In this document: positions 22,809 through 36,155 of the stretch, piece by piece
Layout of the letters: each line of letters opens with the position of its first letter
How positions within the stretch are numbered: position 1 is the stretch's first letter
Assembly: GCA_965178125.1 (NCBI GenBank)
Contig: OZ237754.1
Coordinates: 496,001 to 560,000, forward strand
Source: Bilabrum cf. latius
Taxonomy: Eukaryota
DNA length: 64,000 bases
Direction: 5' to 3'
Program-made: the position numbers and the translations under genes
The notes under the pieces: generated by a model
Told to the model about the DNA's origin: nothing
Databases searched by the model: none
What the model saw: the letters and a program-made list of their open reading frames with translations, nothing else

Positions 22809-25100
22809 TCAGAAGCACCGCCTCCTCTTGGCCCCATCGCCCCAGTCGCTGCCGGGAGCCTCGCTGCCTCCGCGTGGGCGGATCGTGCCCAGCGGTTGGA
22901 CCGGGGCGACTCGCCTGCCCGTCCACAGGCGCTACTGCGGTACTCCGTGGAATCCCCAAGGGGCAGGCGCCAGGGCACCACCGGCCCACACTACGCCCGG
23001 CTGCGCAGTCATCGCTGTAGCACCACCGTGCGCTGCAGGCCAGCCCGAGCTCATCACAGGCATCTGGAGCCTCATCATAGGGAGTGCCCCGCTGGCCATG
23101 CTCACAGCCGGCTGCATCGACCCATGCCCATGCCCTTGTCCTGGCATGTCGGAGGCTAGCTGCGCTAGAGTCGGCTGCGGTGCCTGCAGATGCACCTGGG
23201 CCCCCGTGACCGGCCCGCACCGCGATTGGCCGACCCAGCGCGACTGGTAGAACAAGCCTGGATGTGCTCCCTGGAACATCACCTGCGGCTGTACCATGGA
23301 CATGGTGGTCTAGGCCAGCGAGCGGCTGGTGGAACTGGAAGAACTGGAGGACGATGACGATGATGATGAAGTAGGGCCCCATGATGCGGCATGGCTGGTG
23401 CTCTGCTTCGGGGGCGTCCTGGTGTTGGTCCTCTGCTCAGCGCCTTGCACCTCTGCCCCCCCGCTGAAGGTGCCCTGCCCCTGCCCCTGCCCCTGCCCCT
23501 GCCCCTGCCCCTGCCCCTGCCCCTGCCCCTGCCCCTGCCCCTGCCCTTGCCCCTGCCTCAGGCCCATGAGCAGCTCGGCGTCGCCCCGCGCTGCCGGGGT
23601 GACCACATCGTTCCCCGATGTGTTTCTAGGGGTCTTCACCCAGGGGGCCTGGATCCGCATGCCAGAAGTTGCGCTGGGGCAGGTGGCCAGCTGTCGCTGC
23701 TCGGTGACGATCGAGCCCATGCCGTCCAGGTCGTTCGTCTGCGGTAGCCCCCTCGCTCCCTGCTGCTACCACGAAGACAAGCACTGCACTGCGTGTTCTC
23801 CCTCTTCATCATCGGACTGCATGGGCTCCTGGCCTGAGATTGAGTCCCCCCTGGCCCTCTGTCCCATGGGGCTGCGGCTCTCCCAGCTGCTGTGGCCGTG
23901 GGTGGTGGCAAAATGCCCGTGGGTGGCAAAATCACCGGATCCGGATCCAGTCATGGCTGGTGCCTGGATCTTTGGTACGACACCGGATCTTGCCACCTTC
24001 TCGAGAACTGCAGCCGAGGGCTTTCCTTGACCTACCCGTCGCGCTGCCTGTGCCGCAGCCGCCCTGGCACCTCCCGTGGCCTGACCAATGGGAACCCTGG
24101 TCGCTTTTGCTTTCCCGTCCTCGGCTTCCTCCGAAGAGCCCCCGTGCTCGGGTCCTGCCGCCCTCACGTTGCTCCTCGTCCAAGGCCCAAATGCGGGGTT
24201 GTAGAACCTGGCGCCCGGCTCCTCGCCCAGCACGCGGCACACCCGGTGGTCCAGCGGCTGCTGCTCAAAGAAACACGCGAGTAGGTAGGCCAGCAGGTCT
24301 CGAGAAAAGTTTCGCTCGCCCGTCGCCCCCGCCGCCTGTCTGAACGTGTCCAGCACGAAGGCCGCCGTCAGCTCAGGGGCACGCAGCTTACCGGGTACAC
24401 GCGCGATTAGCCCGCCCGAGCCCTTGATCAGCTTCTTGTCCTCCACTCTCCACTATTCCCGTCCAGAACTTGCCGTTTTCGTGGGGACGATGCCGATGTA
24501 CCTGTATTTCTGCAGCGCTGCTCGGCGCCTCGTCTTGCCGGCTGCGCTTGGGTCGATCCCTCCCGCAATGAGAGCCTGCACGCTAGCGAATGGCTTTCCA
24601 TGGGCACTTGGCAGCAGCAATAGAGCTGCCAGGCAGTACACGTCCAAGTCTGAAGACGTTTCTGCGAATCTTCTTGGCATGGAGGACTGCGCGGCGATAC
24701 TGGCTCGCAAGTCTGCTGCGTTCATGCTGTGCAGAGGATTGATCGCGCCTCCATTCGATGGATGTCTCTATTCCACTGAGCTTTCTTCAGATCCGGTGTA
24801 TAGTGAAGCCAGCAGTGGCAACTAGGACTTCCCATGGGTGACGTCTCCTTCCAAACGCTTCTCCGCACCCTGCCTCCATGCCTGTGCCAGCGTCTCGGCA
24901 GAATCTATCTTAGGGTTTCTAGGCATATCGACATGGATGTGGTCAACATCTTCAGGACATGGGCTTGCCTTCTGTGACTACGGTGGCAAAACTTGGGAGT
25001 TGCCCATGCGATGCTGCTGCCAGCTGGTTGCTTCGTTCGACGCTCTCGCTGATCCTGCCTTGGGAGATGCTTGCGCCCTTGCCCTCGGTAGCGAATACAT
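22809..25100 (-). CDS. Hypothetical ~763-aa protein, largely low-complexity, with a (GQ)n tract
   Basis: Fragments 22932, 23310, 23766 and 24453 are in one frame and joined by TAG. Open from ATG at 25100 to TGA at 22811-22809. Confidence 0.65.
23474..23537. repeat. (CCCTGC)n hexamer microsatellite encoding poly-(Gly-Gln) on the minus strand
   Basis: About 10 tandem CCCTGC units read directly from the sequence. Confidence 0.9.
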
Positions 25101-25438
25101 TATTTGATATATACTTCGGCTCTTGATGTCTCTTGGTGTTGTGCAAGTCGATTCTATCGCCGGTAGCCAAATATGACTGTTTCCTGCAAATTCTGGAAGA
25201 GAAGGGTGTCCAAAAATGCGCGATACTACTCGCTAACAAAGCAGAAATGCAGTCACTTCGAAAGAGCAACAACTGTTTTACGGCTGTACTCACGTTTCTA
25301 CAACAAGGTACAACAAATGCAATTTAAATGTGACAGAGAATACAGTGTTCTTGCCAGCTACCCAATAATTCCAATTCCGAATCGTCCCGCAGATTCCAGG
25401 AAACATTGGAGTTTCTGAGCCGGCTGGACGGTTCAGCA

Positions 25439-28400
25439 TCACTGCCCAGCAAGTCCAACCACCCCACCAGACCATAAATCTCCCGTACTACTAGCATGCT
25501 GCCCGATAACCTCCTCCGAATCGACCTCCTTGAGCATACCGGTGCCACGTCTGGTGGCTACGGAGCGACCACCATTTGGGACTTGCAGTTTCTCCGCCTC
25601 TCCGTGTGCGTACTACTCAAACTCCCGATCGCTTTCCGCCCCATTGCTTCCTCCAGTAACCCCATTGAAGCCCTTTGGAGAGTATGGAGCCAATCTGGAA
25701 TCTATAGACGGCTTGGAGAGCCCAGGACGCGTGCTTGGCTACGATGCGCCCGGGGCGCCGCGCAGTGCGCGGCGCCCCGCGGAACCAGGACCTCCCTCCT
25801 AATCGTACACGAATGCAGCCCCATTACTCGCGGTACCGGCATCGTGAGGACCCCCGGCCTCCTCGGAACCCATGACCACCATTTTCAGGCTGGGAGCGGG
25901 GGCGGGGGCGGTTCCAGGTGCTCGCCCTGGAGCACCTGCTCCTGCGCCTCGGGAACGGGGATTCCCGGACGTTGCCGCTCCCCCTCCCCCTCCCCGCACC
26001 ACACGAGATCGGTTGGGAGGCGCAGCGGTCTCAGCTGCACCACCGTGCGATGCAGCTGGCGCGACAGCTGCCCGCCCTTCCAGTGCGCCTCCAACGAAAC
26101 GCCTCGGCAAGCCCTCTCTTTCGCCGCCGCCCTGCCGCCCCTCGGGAGCGGAAGCACCCGACTGCAACACCAGCCCGCTTCCCTGCTCCAGCGCCTCCTG
26201 CCGCTCCACCGCCTCGAACGGCGCACCGCCGCCACCAACGCCAGCGATCGCACTCGTCATACCGCCGGTCAAACTACCAAGCGGACTGCCATTCACGGCC
26301 ACGTTTTCGGGGCTGACCCTGGCCACAATGTGCGGACCAGGCCCACGCGCACTCGTCACACCACGACCCGACCGCTGGCCCGTCCATCCCTGGCTCGCTG
26401 TTCCCTGCCTCGCTGTTCCCTGGGGCGGGGCGCGGCCTCCACGCCCACCGTCCACAGCCGTCCGCCGCTCGTGACCGCCATCGGTATACTGCTGCTGCTC
26501 TTGCATTTCTCGCCCCCTTCCCCCTTCTCCTCCCCCCCCTCCTCCTCCTTCCCCCCCTCCATGTCCGTTTCCTCGCGGGGAGTGCCCCTGCAATCCCTCC
26601 TCTAGCCAACTCGCCCGCTGGTGCTGGTGCTGGTGCTGGTGCTGGTGATCACCACCACGCGATGAACCCTGCCCGGAAGCCGAAAATTGCACCTCCCTAT
26701 GCCCCCCATCTTCCTAGTTCTACACACCGTCAAGCGACGACCGTTTCAGCCCTCCCACGATCCGAACCCTTGGCGAGGCAGCACCACCATCAGGACGGCG
26801 GGAGCCTGGCCTGGCCTTAGACTTGCCGAACCGTCCTGACGCAGCGTCCCTCGCAGTCGCAGCCGCCCGAGCACCGCTCCCAACTGCCGGGCCAGACAGC
26901 GCCGACGACGATTGCACACCGCCGCTACCCCCATCACTCGTCACACCCGATGGTTTGAACTGCATGGGTCCCATGCCCCGCGGCCACTCGGCGTCGGGAG
27001 GAGCGCCCCCATCAAAAAGAAGCCGTTCCACTCCGGGGTTCGACCCCGGGACACCCGCGAAGGAAGCAGACATGTGCGCAGCCGCAGCACCGGCAGACTC
27101 GGCACCCCGTCGCAGCAGAGGGCCACGCGCCGCTCGAGCATGCCGCCCGGCGGTTCTCGCCCTGTTCCCTGCACCAGCCGCTGACTGCGTCACGAGGTGC
27201 GCAGGCAGCGAGCGTACCGCAAGACCTCCATGGATGTCCTCGTGTCCATCCTTTCCCTCTCCTGCCCCTTCGCCTGCTCCGACCTGGCCAACCGACGCTG
27301 CCCCAGGCCAAGCGTGCTGCTCGCGGGTGTAGCCCGCCTCCATGCGTGAGGCATTTTCGTGCCCCTGCCTGCTTCCATTCCCGTTGCCAGGAACTCGGGC
27401 TACACCGGCACCAGCACCTGCGTTGCTTCCCTCCCCAAGTCCGGAGAACTGTTCCTCCGCCCGTCTGGTCGCATCTGCAATCAGGGCGAGCCGCCTGCTC
27501 ACCTCTGCATCGGAGGGCCTCGCCTGGTGGGCCGTCTGCACAGCCAGTCCAGTCCCGACGATCTCAGGGTGCTGCTGGTGGAGGCTCTGAGAGGAGTACC
27601 CGTGCGCGCTGTGGGGCCGGATACCTCCAGCTGCTGTGCCTCCGGGCTGTTCCTCCACGGGGAGAGGACCGTAGGCGTCGTACAGCGTCCCGGACCCGCG
27701 ACCGTCGGCGCGCGGCGCCGGTTCGAAGTTCCGTAGCGGGGAATCCAGCCGTCTCCGCTGCCCCCTGGCGAGCCGCAGCAAGGCCCCACCGATCCCATCG
27801 GCCGACTAGGGGCGGCCGCCCGGGTTTGACGAAGAAGCAGAGCCGGCCGTGTTGGGCCGCGCCATTCCCGGCCCGTGAATGGGCCCCGCGCCCTCCACGT
27901 GCCTTCCCAATGCGGCCGCCACTGCGCTCGATGACAAGGGCGCCGCAGCCGAAGCAACCTTCCTCGATCCTACCTGCTGCTGGCTGCGGTGTGACGATTG
28001 GATTTGTTCCCTGCGCATGCGCTGCAGCTCCGACATGGCCGCAGCCGCCCGCTCCTCTTCCTCCCGAGCCACCCGGAGAGCCACCGCGGGTGAGGCCAGC
28101 GTCAGCTCGGCACGAGGCTCCGTGAAGTCGCCTCCTCTGCCCGCGCCCATCCCGCCGGCACCTACCGGCAGCATTTGCTCCTACGAAACCGCAACACCCG
28201 ACTGCGAGCGGCCAGCAGTGGGGCGATATCTGGCTATAAATTTCCCTCCCTGTCCGTGCTTTGGCTGCAGGGGACGCGCCTGCAACGAGCCAGAGGCGTT
28301 TGCAGCCCCTGCCTGCCCCCGGAATCCAGTCTGCTGCTATGGCTGTGGGACATGCGTAGAGCGGCGGAGCATTTCTTGGGCCTCGGATCCAGTTGTGGCC

Positions 28401-31400
28401 GCACCGCCAGGCTGACTAGCCCCGTACCCGCTCTACCTCAAGCCGCCGTCGCCACGCCTATCCTCGCCGTGCGCCTGGTTGCCACCCCTCGGGCTCGACA
28501 CAGACTCGCCCACCAGTTGCTGAGGCATGGAACCTCCGTCAATCGCCGCAACCTGCCCCTCCAGCCTCACCGAAGCCATGCCAGCACGGTCGGGCAGCCG
28601 CGCTTGCGAGAGTGCCAGCGCTTGGATTTCGGCCTGCAGGGAGACGGACGTCTCCAGCGCAATCTGGGAGGTATCGCGGAGTCCACCGAGCGGAGCAACC
28701 ACGCGCGGCATCGGTCGAGAGCCGCTTCGGTACTGCGCAGCGTGCTGGTGCATTGACCCTGGGTGCTTTATCCGTTGCCTGCTGCTGTCTTGATCCACTT
28801 TTGCGCCCCTCAGCACCTGCCGGTCGAATGCCTTGGTCCCCCTGCTCCGAGCATTCTAGCCTCGAGTGCCGCTTGAACCGCGAGGGGATCTGCGGGCACG
28901 TCGCTTTCTGCGCTTCTTCTTCAATTTCTTGTGCTTCCGTAGGTGCTCCTGGCCTTCTGCCCTGCTTGCGCTGCCGCCCCCATACATGGCGATAGAATCT
29001 TCTCGGTCGTCAAGATCTGTGCCAGACTCAGCTCCGCTTGCCCCCTGCCAATCGTCACCGCCCTTGCCCTCCGCTATGTCATACTGCCCAGTTTCCTGCC
29101 AGCCGTGGTGTGGAAGATGCGGCTATCCAGCGAGGCCCATAGTGTGACGTGCCCTCGAGGCCAATCCAGTGAGCGGCTTCGCCTGAGCGGGCCGCTGCAC
29201 CCCCCTGGCACTCAAGGAAGCAGACTGCTCCACTTCATGGGTGCCGTGCCTCTAGGACCTGCTTGGCAGTACGCTGGCGGATACTGGGCGACCGGCCGGC
29301 TGGTTTGCTTCCTGCATATGCCTGGCGTCAGCAGGAGAGCCCGGGCGGAAGGAGCCCAGCTGGCCGTCTTCGTCCGTTCGAAGGACCTCCGTGCTCGCAG
29401 TGAGTCTCGTGACGCCGCCCACCTGCAATGGCCGCTCTGCAGGCTGTTCCATTTCTCTGTACCTCGAGTTGGATGCCGCAATTTGGCTTGGAGGCCTCCA
29501 TCCTGCGTCTGGCTACAATCGCTTGATGCCAATCCCAGGGCTTGAGCCACCATGCCTGACCTGGGTAGTAGAGGAGGACAAGCCCTGCCTCGTGCTAGCG
29601 ATAGGGCTGGCTTGAAGGTAACCACCTCCCGTGGACGGGCCGTCCCGGAGCCTCTCAGCTGATCGGTTCCTCGGCGGGCTTTGCTCCCTCTGGTGCTGCT
29701 TCTACTGCTGCGGCGAGCGCTGGCGAGTGGAGCCGTGGATAGGTGATCCAGACCCTCGACCGCGATGGGCACTGGAATGGTGCGGTGACTTTCGCTCAGT
29801 ACGACCAGGGCGATTTCTTCGCGACTGCAGGGAGGCTGGAAGGTCAGTGCGAGCCTGCTTGCCCGCAGTGAGGTTCCTGAGCCTGTTGGATGGAGGTGGC
29901 ACTGGCTGTCTTCTCATTGCACGGCCAACGTCGCCGTCAGTTGCAGGGACCCAGGCCCTCTCTCGACCCGCGCGCCTCTCGACGGGAGTGTGCCGACCTT
30001 CGCCCGCGCCCGTCTCATACCGGAAGCCTCCATCGGCATCGCCCGCAGTAACGTATCCGACGACGTCTTTGCCGAGGCTCTCGGGACTCTGATTGCCCCC
30101 GTAAGTCTCGCGTGCAAAGCCAGTCTCTGGGACTTGGGCACGCGAGACACTAGGAGTTGTATCAGGCCTCTCGTTTGAGCTTGTGGCCATATGTGACTGG
30201 TACGCGGGGAAACGTGCGCTCTGCACCTGTGAGCGCGAGTTGATCGGGTGGCCGTGTCGCTGGGCGATGGGAGGAAGCTCCTGCGTGCGATCCCGCGGAG
30301 TATTGGCGGCAGCTTGCCTCTCCGCAGCCTGGTCCGGCCGTCCCGTGCCATCATGCAATGCACCGCCCAACTGGTCCGTGCTGCGTCTCGCAGACTCTCG
30401 CACTCCACTCGGACCGCGCTCCCACGCTCGCTACCGGTCGGTGGAAGAGGTCTTGGTGTTTGCATCGGCGTGCATGGGCGAACGAGGTGGCATGGTGCTG
30501 TGCTAGGTGTGAGAGGCATGAGGCCGCCTTTGGCCACCCCCGCCACCCCCGTGCCTAGCACCGGTATGCTCTGAGTGAACTGGCAACAGAGCATTAGCAC
30601 CTGGCGTATCGATCTTCTAGTTCGCACCATCAGCCGCACCAGCTAGGCGCACGCCAGCCGGGCCTTGGCTGGTCCCGGGCCTGAGCTGCAGAGGTGGACG
30701 ACCCTTGCGAGAAGGAGGCTGCCGGCCCGAAGTGCTGCTGGACGCCCCGCCCGAAGAGCTTACCCCCCCACCGCGTCGGTTCACAGACGCGATGGTCATC
30801 GACATACGGGACGGTGCGAGGTGAGAGCTCGGGCCACGCGAGCTGCTTGCCGAGCCCAGCACTCCTCTGGAGCCTCGACCATCGCTCGCCTGCGACCACG
30901 GTCTCACTCCCGCGCTGCCACGACCTCCAGAAGCTGCACTGGCCGCTTCGCTTGTGCCTGGTCGGACCAATCCGTGCTCGGTATCTCCATCCACCCTCAC
31001 GGCTGCAGGCACGTTCGACTGCTTGAGAACGATGGGGCTTGGGTTCACCTCCTTGGGCGGCTGCTGGCTCACTCCACCGGACACGTGCCTCACGGTCATC
31101 CCACTCTTGCGAGGACGAAGAGCCTCTGGCATCGGACCCATCATTTCGTTGAAGGAACCAGGGCCTGTGGACCTGCCTTTGCTCGGCCGCCGCACAGCAC
31201 GCCCACGGCCCTATCCAGGGCCATGCTTCCTACGGCCAGGGGCATTGCGCTCCGTCAGATCTTTCGCAGCCCCAGGTGGGCCACTTGCCTCTTCACCTTG
31301 CCGACCGATCGACCGGAACAGTATGGTACCTCCTGCAGCGGGGCGTACTGGCGACTTTAACAGGGTCTCTCGAGACTTGTGCTACGAATCGTGCGCGGCA

Positions 31401-34400
31401 GACTCGGCCATGTAGCCCAAGCTGTCGTGCTCCTGCTGCGGTGCGGGCGATCTTCGCTTGCCTGCAGGCTGTTGGCTACCATCGGCGTAGGGAAGGCCTC
31501 GGTCATTACCCCACGGTTCAGGCTACGGCTCCGAATCAGTTGCTGCTGGGCCATCCAGATCGCGGTCGCTATGGAGGGTAGTACGGAGGGCTAGATCCGC
31601 TTTCTCTCCAGCAGCTTCTTCGTCGTTCTATCGCGAGACGCCTCTCGTCGCCTCCCCCGCAGCAGCACCGCCAGCATCTGCATCTGGGGCAACGGCACCT
31701 GCATTCGCAGGGGCACTATGCTTGTGACTGCTCGATGGTTCTTGCTTGCGTGCACGTCGATGGCTATCATTGGTAGCCTGAGAAGGATCTTCCACTAGGG
31801 CAGGACCATCAGCTGGAGCAGGATCTTCAGCTGGGGCATGAGCAGTTGGCTTTACGGTGGGACGGGGAACTGGTGCTTCCTCTGTAGGAATCTGATCTCC
31901 GGTGACAGGGTCCATGTGGGGGCGACTGCGAGCTCTCGTGAGCTGCTGCATGGGCATGGGTAGCTCGCCCGTTGAGTAGACGCTCCCCGATTCGCTCGTC
32001 CTGCCAGTGTCGGGCATCTGGCCGCCCTCGTGACCTCCCTCCGCACCTGAGTCTCGACCACCATTGTCACCATCCTCCTCATCAGAGTCACCCCCCTTGC
32101 CCTCTCCGGCACCATCTGACTATCCAGCCTCCCTGCGAATCCCGCCTGCGCCCGCCACATCGTCACGGCCACCTTGACCTGCCCGAAAGTCCGGACTGGA
32201 AATCTACCTGTCCCCTCCAGAGTCATTAATCGACCGTACAGAGTTCAGTGGGGGCCCTGGACCGTCGGGCAAGCGCGGAGACTCGTCCGGCTAACTGGAA
32301 CCGTCCTTCCCGCGTTGACCAGCTGTGGATCCGGTGCCAGCACCAATAGGATGGTCTGGTGTCCCTCCGTGCGGTGTCACCTCAAGACTCTTGGACACGC
32401 TGTCTCTGCCTTTGGATGCTGTGGACCCGGCTTGCCCGGTCGGAGTGCCGCTCCCAACCGAGCCGATGGCTGCAGACTGCAGGCGAGGGTCCAGCTTGAG
32501 CACACTGCCAGTGGGTCGGACTGGCTACCCTCCGCTGGTGGCTGTGTGCTGCTTGCCTGTTCTGGGTCGTTGCCCCTGAGTGTTGCCTGTGCGGCTAGAG
32601 GCCCCACCTTCATCCTAGCGGACACCAGGTGTTTCGACCTTGCTATCGAGCTGGTCACCAGCTCGACCTGCTCCGCGCACATCAAGCTTCCCTCCAGTGC
32701 TGCGCTCTGGTGCCAGCGAAGGCTCAGCCGTCTTGTCGGAATCCTTGCTAGCTCTCCTGTTCTTTGCACTACCCTCTGCTTTGCCATCGCTAGCCATCGA
32801 TGTTGCGGAGGAGGATGCTGACATGGCATCTGGAGACTCTGGCTCGACGGGGCGAGCGACACCGAGCTGCGAGGACATCGACTAGCCAGCGGTTGCCTCT
32901 GCCACCGGCGGAAGGAGGCCACCGACATTGCCCTGCTGCTCGCTAGCATTCTGCTTGCTGTCGCCGTGCGTGGGCTGGATGGTGGGTGCATTCGCTCTTC
33001 CCGAGGCAACACTCCCGGAACCGCCTCCGATCGTCAGGCCCAGCCTGGGAACGATCGGCCTGCCGTCTGGTCCCACGGCAGGTGAGGCAGCGACTGCATC
33101 GGAGTACTGTGAGGCTGACCTACTACCTGAATCGCGTGACACCTGCCCATTTGATGCACCGTGTGACTAAGTACCAGCCTCGGACCGTTTCTGCTGCTAC
33201 TGATGCTTCTATTTCTGCTGTTGGCCCGTCTGGGCGCCCCCAGAAGCACTGCTCGATTGCGATGCTTGCGGTGCATGAGCGCCGCTCTGTCTCCTCGCCG
33301 GAGTCACGGACCTCGATCTCCTCACGTCCCCTAAGGTGGTGACGGATGAGGACCGCTTGGCCGCCAAAGACGCGGCGCTTCCTCCGGAGGGTCTCCTCGA
33401 AGGGGGGTCGGTGGACCGCCCCCGCCTCTGGCCCCGGGGCATAGAGGCTGCGGCGACCGCCGCGGCGTTTGCAGCCACTGCCGCGGCGCCGTCGATAAGT
33501 TCCGCTACGTTTACTTGCCTCAACCGGATGCTGTCGTCTTCTTCTTTATCATGGTCCACTTTCAGCCTCTTGAAGGACCCTTGCCTTGGCACGCCGTCCG
33601 CAGGATTGGGCAGCTGAGATCGCGACGAATCGTGACCACCGCTGCCACTACCGCTTCCCACGCTCTACCTATCACTCCCCGCACTGGCTGCTTCGAGCCC
33701 AATGCCTCCAGATGACTCGGAGTGGCCCAGCGAGCCGCCGCCCGGAGGCCCAGGGTGCGCCTGAATCCGAATTTGCACGAGGTCGTCGAGACCCAGCGCT
33801 TCGTTCCGGTCTTTTCCGCCTGATGATTGGCTTGCCATGCGCTCAGAGACTATGAAACGCATCAGCTTGAGCAGGTCGGTTTCGCGAAGTACGGAGCGCC
33901 AGCCAGCAGATTGCGCTCGTCTGGCAGACAGCCTCTCCAAGCGACCTCTCGAGGAACGCTGCACCTATAAAGATGCTGTCCCGGTGCCGCTTGGTGGCAG
34001 TCGCGTTGATCCAAGGCTTGTCGTGCTGCTAGTACCCTTCATCTCTCGGTCCGATGAAGCAACGCTCGATGCACCGCTCGGTGGTATCCTGCGCCGGCGC
34101 CCTTCCACGATTCCTGAGGCCGAAGCAGACAGTGCCACTGCACTTGACCCACTTTCAATTTCTTCGTCTTGAGATGGCGGTTTCAGGTCCAGACCAAGCG
34201 TGGAGTCGTCAAGTGGTCTCCATTGCGCATGCCATCTCCACTCTCGTCGTCGTAAGGCACCAACTGCAGGTTCAGGCAAAGACTCCATCCGCATTTCGTA
34301 CGAAAACACTTCGGTACTTTCTCCGATACTGGACCTGCGCTTAGCCATCGATTCCCGGAGGGGCCGATTCGTGTTGGCGTGCTGCGATGAACTAGCGCCT

Positions 34401-34636
34401 GCATCGTAGATGATGGGGCGTTCAGAAGACCTGCCGGGAGCTTTCGACTGGCTCCTACCTCCAGTTGCAAGAGCAACCTAATCCTTTGCTAGCCTTTCGA
34501 ACAGCTGCTTTTGTGCTTCGCTGAGGGTGCTCCCAACATGGCGGAGCTCCGGTCTGGGCAGTTGGGCGAGCTCTGCAGGAGGTCTGCGCCATGACGGAAA
34601 TCTTGGACCCCCAGACTGAAGCCTGACACCATCCAT
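25439..34636 (-). CDS. Giant ~3065-aa, mostly disordered Ser/Gly/Ala/Arg-rich protein, apparently intronless
   Basis: Fourteen ORF-track fragments (25799 to 34348) share one frame. The gaps I checked contain only TAG. ATG at 34636 (alternative 34663) and TGA at 25441-25439. Repeated RPxT/S motifs (RPGTS, RPNTA, RPHSA). Confidence 0.75.
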
Positions 34637-34812
34637 AAACGACTACAAAGTGAGATAAGACATAATGAACGGAAATTGTTTGCGTTTCTGCCACCCAACT
34701 CGCGAGCTGCACCCAACGGATCGCCGCGGTCGCAACTACCAGTTGCAGTGCGCCGGCGGTCGCAAACAGGCACACACGTTTAATCAGCAGGAAACGACAA
34801 CACAGAAACACT

Positions 34813-36037
34813 TCATTCATCACCAGAAAGCCTGCTCTTCACCCAGGCGCACATCCTCGCGAGGTGCGTCGGGCCGTTCTTCTCGAACATGAGCTCGTGG
34901 CCCGAGCCGTCCTCCACGCTCACGAACTCCTTGTCCAGAGCGCCCCTGCTGCTGCCCTCGTCCGATGAGCCTTCGGATTGCTCCGACGAAGCAGCCCCGC
35001 CTGTAGCAGCACCTGGAGCTTCCATCTTCTTTCCTTCCCCGTACGCCTGCAACAAGCGCTTAGAGGCGTGGTAGTCGGTCAGTGCGTCCGTGTCCGCGTG
35101 ATGCACCTGAATCGGCACCTTCATGCGATGCACTCGCTCGCGCACGTGCTCCACCAGGGCGAGGAGCTCAACCCCCGTGCTCGCATACACGTCTCCGGGG
35201 CAACCCGCCCTATCCTCGTCGTAGTCTGCCACCACCGCCTTGTTGTTGCACACCCGCTTGTTTTCGATTTGCTGGACGACAATTCCCGGGATGGTCGCGT
35301 TCACGATGCCCTGCATGGCGCGAAGGAACGGAGTGGCCACTGCAGGGTCTACCTCCACCATGGGAGCAGACAGGACTAGTCCGGAGGGAGGCGTGCCGCT
35401 CTGTTCCAGCGCATCGGCAAGCGCGAGAGCGAACGTGCCGCCCATGCTGTGACCGAGCACGAAGAGAGGAGCATCCGGCGCGACCTCGGCCTCCGTCTTA
35501 GCGTGCGGGAGGAAGGAGAGGAGATCTTGCAGAACGCCTTTCCAAGACTTGATGAATCCCCTGGTGCCACGACTCAAGCCGTGTCCTTCGACGTCAAGGC
35601 CAGCGCAAGCCAACCCCATCTTGTTGAACGATCTTGCCATGAGCTCATACCGACCGATGTGATCGCAGAACCCATGACAGATCACAACCTGCATATACTT
35701 GGAAGGGCAGCGTACTTGTCCTTGAGCTGTTGGGCGTGTGCGAACGCAGCATGAGTTGGTACCGATCGTCTCTCACCAGTCCCTTCGGCTCAGGAACCCT
35801 CCAAATACGCTTAGATAGCCACAATCCAGTTGATGGGGACTAAAAATAGCGCGTGGCGAGGGCTGGTGAGCTCTGTGGAGACAATTTTCGAGTTGTCGTA
35901 GTTGGATGCGATGGTGATACAACCCAAGGTAGGCCGCCCAAAGCCCTTAACGCGTGATATGCTCCAATCCCAGCGCCAGCAAGAGCGAGCCACGATTTAA
36001 GGTCTAGTGAAGCAAGCTGGGTACCAAAACTCTCCAT
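34813..36037 (-). CDS. MGLL: Monoglyceride lipase / Hydrolase_4 alpha/beta hydrolase; intron 35776-35689
   Basis: F[TAG]SPSTGLWLSKRIWRVPEPKGL|VVICHGFCDHIGRY, GLDVEGHGLS, GHSMGG, LVLSAPM and GHELMFE. Stop is TGA. The start is approximate. Confidence 0.85.
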
Positions 36038-36155
36038 GGTACACCAAGATTGTGACATGAAGTAGACCATTCAACAGTACGGCTTATCTTTCAGCCGCGC
36101 CAAAAGGGACTGTAGTGCTCTAGCAGAGCACATCCGGGTGCAAAGTGCATCCAAG

